DNA of 57,451 bases from positions 1-57,451 of IMG/VR virus record IMGVR_UViG_3300037206_000024; one strand, 5' to 3'. Shown piece by piece: positions 54,731-57,451 of this stretch. The notes beneath the pieces were generated by a model. That model was not told the origin of the DNA and searched no databases. It saw only the letters and a list, made by a program, of their open reading frames with translations. Both the position numbers and the translations under genes were made by a program. This DNA comes from a virus (lineage: Duplodnaviria > Caudoviricetes). How positions within the stretch are numbered: the stretch's first letter is position 1; every line of letters begins with the position of its first letter.

Positions 54731-57375
54731 ATGATGGAGAGCACAAACTTGTGGTTGTCAAATCCGGGGAGAGAATTTTAACTCCTGAGCAGAACCGTAA
54801 GTATGAGATGGGTCACCCTCGTGCCAGAAAAGAACCCATGAAAGCCAATGTTGTGTTCGATCAAGGCGGGATGATTGATCCCGATGCATCAGTTGACGCC
54901 ATGAATTCCCAGACATCGCAAGCACCTCCTACTGACCCCAACGCTTTAGCCAAGAAAGCCCTAGATAACTCCAAGAAACTCGCTGCGGCCAATGCCATGC
55001 CCGGTCAGGGACATGTGGATACCTCTACATCTCCTTTGCTCAATCAAGAAGCCTTTGATCAAGGTGGCGACGTGCAGGCCGAACCCTCGGTAGGTGAGCG
55101 TATAGCCTCGCGTGCGAAGGAACTTCTTAGCCAAAGCAAGGCAGTGTCTGCGCCTGAAGATAACGAAGCCCAAGCCTTCAAAGAGAAGCAGGAGATGGTG
55201 AACTCCGTAGCACAGCCAAAGCCCGTAGTGGACCCCGGGACGATGAATAACAATGTGCCATCCGACCGTATGCATCCCTCAGCTGGATATGGCATGGGCA
55301 AGGGAGAGAAACGCCTTTACACCGACCCTCAGGGAAACCCTATCAATCCTACAACGCCGCAAGGGATGGGTGCAGCGGGTCCGCAGCGCCCTGTGCCATC
55401 AGGTTTGATGGGTAAGGCGTACGATTGCGGCGGCATGGTTTACGACGAAGGTGGCGACGTTACGGTAGATCCCGCTAAGCAAGCCGCGATTTCCCAAGCT
55501 ACGCAAGAGATCAAAGCAGAAGATCAAGGTGGAGGGGCACCCGCAGACTTTGCTGGGCCTGTACTCCCCAACCCTAAGGGCATCAAAGTATCTGATGACA
55601 CCGAGCGCCCACCCGATGAGCCCACAAGGCTCTCAGGGGGAGCAAAGATGACCACCGATAATGCCCCATTGACTGCGCCCAAGATGGACACGAGCAATCC
55701 ACCCCACAATGAAATAGAGACATCGGGTCAGCTCTCGTCTGCCAAGGGTTCCCCCATGGTTTCTTCTGGACAGATGGGGAAGGGCCTGCCCGCCATTGAG
55801 CAACCAAAGGGAAACGCAGGCATGCTTCCCGGGACTACGGATCAGCCAGATCAGTATAAGAATGAAATAGAAGCATCCCTCCAAGGGCGAACTGTAGGTC
55901 ACGACTCTTCTGTGTCTCCCTACAGGAACGAAGATCCCGCTAAAGCCCATCTCCAAGCTATCTCCGACCAAGATAAACTCAAGGCCGCAGCGATGGGCAA
56001 GGACGGCCTAGTGGATCAGGGTGCCAACATGATTCATGCCAAGGCACTGGGCCTGAACAAGAGCAACGAGGTGCCACTGCCGCAACCTGCCGCACCCACA
56101 GCGCGTGAGAATGTGGTAAATCAAGAGAAGCAGCTGCGTGAGAAGATGCTGAACGCACCTACGGAGCAAGAGCGCTTCCAAGCCGAGAAGGACTTGGCTG
56201 AACTCAAGCGGCGTACACCATGGGGCTCTGAAGGCTCGGCACACCCCGGCATGATGGGCAAGCTAGCCCATGCAGCATCTGCGATTGGGCAGGGCATCGG
56301 ACAGGGCATTGCTCCGTATGCCGTGAACGCCATCCCGGGCTCTCGTGCTGACATTGCTCGTCAAGAAAACCTTGGTGAACAAGGTGTGGAGCAAGCGCAG
56401 AAGAAAGAAATGACAACGGCTCAAACCGCAGTCGAGCAAGGAAAGCCTGAGTTGCAAAAAGAAGCACAAGGGATAGCTGAGGAAAAGAACACAATAGCTG
56501 CAGATAAGAACAAGATGCAGCACGATGCGCAGCTACGTCAGCGCGGTTACAAGATTGACGCAACTGGCGCTGAAGTTCCTATCCCGTATGAAGAGTTGTC
56601 CACGCATGAGCAAGGTGTATACGACCTGAACCAAGCAAAGAGTCATGCGCAAGACGCCCTAGCAGAACTAAAGTCTGCGCAGGCTTCACCAGATTCACCG
56701 CAAAGTCAGCTTATCTTAGCCAAAGCGAAAGCCGAGGGCGAGAAAATGGATCAAGCGGGACAGAAACTAGGTTTGGATGTGGACAAGTACAAGGCAGAAT
56801 ATTTGGGGTTGTCACACGATAACACCCCTTTGCCGGGTGCACAACTTACGTCCGAAGGAAAGCCAATCGGCACCAAAGTCACTGGAGCAAAGGGCGGCCA
56901 ACCTACGGCCATGCAAAAAAACAAGGCCGACTTGTCTGAAAATGTGCAGCACAACGTAGATGACGCTACCAAACTGATCAGAGCAAACCCCGATCTGTTT
57001 GGCAAGGTGCAAGGTCGCTTCACTACTGCGGCACAGATGATCGGTTCCAATGACGCAGCTATATCTAGGCTAGGCGTTGTGATCCACAACATCGCAGTGG
57101 CATCGGGCGGTATCCATGGGCAGCGCAGTCAGCAAGCTGTGGAAGCATATGAGAAGGATCTACTCAACCGTTTCAAAAATTCTCCCGAAGCTACTATCGC
57201 AGGCTTGAAGGAACTTCGCGGGAGTGTTGGCGACTTCATGAAAGATGGAGGTAAGAAGCCAATCGTAGATCCAGATCTCGTACCCAAAGGTGCTAGTGCT
57301 GAAGTTCTAGACAAAAATGGCAAGGTCACTGGGCACGTTGTGAATAACAAGTATGTAGCGCTACCAAAAGAATAA
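54706..57375 (+). CDS. Probable large ejection/internal virion protein
   Basis: 889 aa, low-complexity P/Q/A-rich N-half with four [FY]DxGG motifs, helical C-half; inferred from position. Confidence 0.55.
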   Translation: MATPTIRVNDGEHKLVVVKSGERILTPEQNRKYEMGHPRARKEPMKANVVFDQGGMIDPDASVDAMNSQTSQAPPTDPNALAKKALDNSKKLAAANAMPGQGHVDTSTSPLLNQEAFDQGGDVQAEPSVGERIASRAKELLSQSKAVSAPEDNEAQAFKEKQEMVNSVAQPKPVVDPGTMNNNVPSDRMHPSAGYGMGKGEKRLYTDPQGNPINPTTPQGMGAAGPQRPVPSGLMGKAYDCGGMVYDEGGDVTVDPAKQAAISQATQEIKAEDQGGGAPADFAGPVLPNPKGIKVSDDTERPPDEPTRLSGGAKMTTDNAPLTAPKMDTSNPPHNEIETSGQLSSAKGSPMVSSGQMGKGLPAIEQPKGNAGMLPGTTDQPDQYKNEIEASLQGRTVGHDSSVSPYRNEDPAKAHLQAISDQDKLKAAAMGKDGLVDQGANMIHAKALGLNKSNEVPLPQPAAPTARENVVNQEKQLREKMLNAPTEQERFQAEKDLAELKRRTPWGSEGSAHPGMMGKLAHAASAIGQGIGQGIAPYAVNAIPGSRADIARQENLGEQGVEQAQKKEMTTAQTAVEQGKPELQKEAQGIAEEKNTIAADKNKMQHDAQLRQRGYKIDATGAEVPIPYEELSTHEQGVYDLNQAKSHAQDALAELKSAQASPDSPQSQLILAKAKAEGEKMDQAGQKLGLDVDKYKAEYLGLSHDNTPLPGAQLTSEGKPIGTKVTGAKGGQPTAMQKNKADLSENVQHNVDDATKLIRANPDLFGKVQGRFTTAAQMIGSNDAAISRLGVVIHNIAVASGGIHGQRSQQAVEAYEKDLLNRFKNSPEATIAGLKELRGSVGDFMKDGGKKPIVDPDLVPKGASAEVLDKNGKVTGHVVNNKYVALPKE

Positions 57376-57387
57376 GCAGGGGGAACC

Positions 57388-57451
57388 ATGGCAGACGACA
57401 CGCAGATCGAAGGGCTTCCAGAGGGAGCAACCGTAAAACCTTTGCAGACTG
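57388..57451 (+). CDS. Start of next gene (truncated by window end)
   Basis: GGGGG RBS and ATG 57388, open to the window end. Confidence 0.5.
   Translation, partial: MADDTQIEGLPEGATVKPLQT

Noticed and set aside
1-57451. Host assignment and lifestyle (temperate versus lytic)
   Set aside because: No integrase, repressor, lysin or host-diagnostic gene is recognisable in this window; cannot be supported from the sequence alone

Overview
A 57-kb segment of a tailed dsDNA phage genome with P22/podovirus-like gene order. A leftward replication and nucleotide-metabolism block (family A DNA polymerase, class II ribonucleotide reductase with an intein, dUTPase, RNase H) diverges at about 9.1 kb from a long rightward operon. 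That operon carries three tRNAs, the terminase, a probable portal, scaffold and major capsid protein (MCP), a GroES-like protein, tail/spike proteins, an 11-kb sugar-nucleotide and glycosyltransferase cluster, and ejection proteins. Selfish elements are abundant: four group I introns (one in terL, three in the MCP gene, all with splice sites resolvable from P1/P10 pairing), a Pro-initiated intein and seven free-standing endonuclease genes. The most striking unexplained signals are: (1) a 7-copy cis RNA element (optional hairpin plus an H-type pseudoknot with a fully covarying 6-7 bp loop pairing that overlaps or abuts the ribosome-binding site) in front of unrelated homing endonuclease families, which persists where the nuclease is absent; (2) degenerate CCTAGG-type palindromes with ~11-bp periodicity clustered across the window, including inside coding sequence; (3) a recurrent GACTCAG motif in translation-initiation regions. 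All calls come from reading sequence and motifs by eye; no database searches were run.
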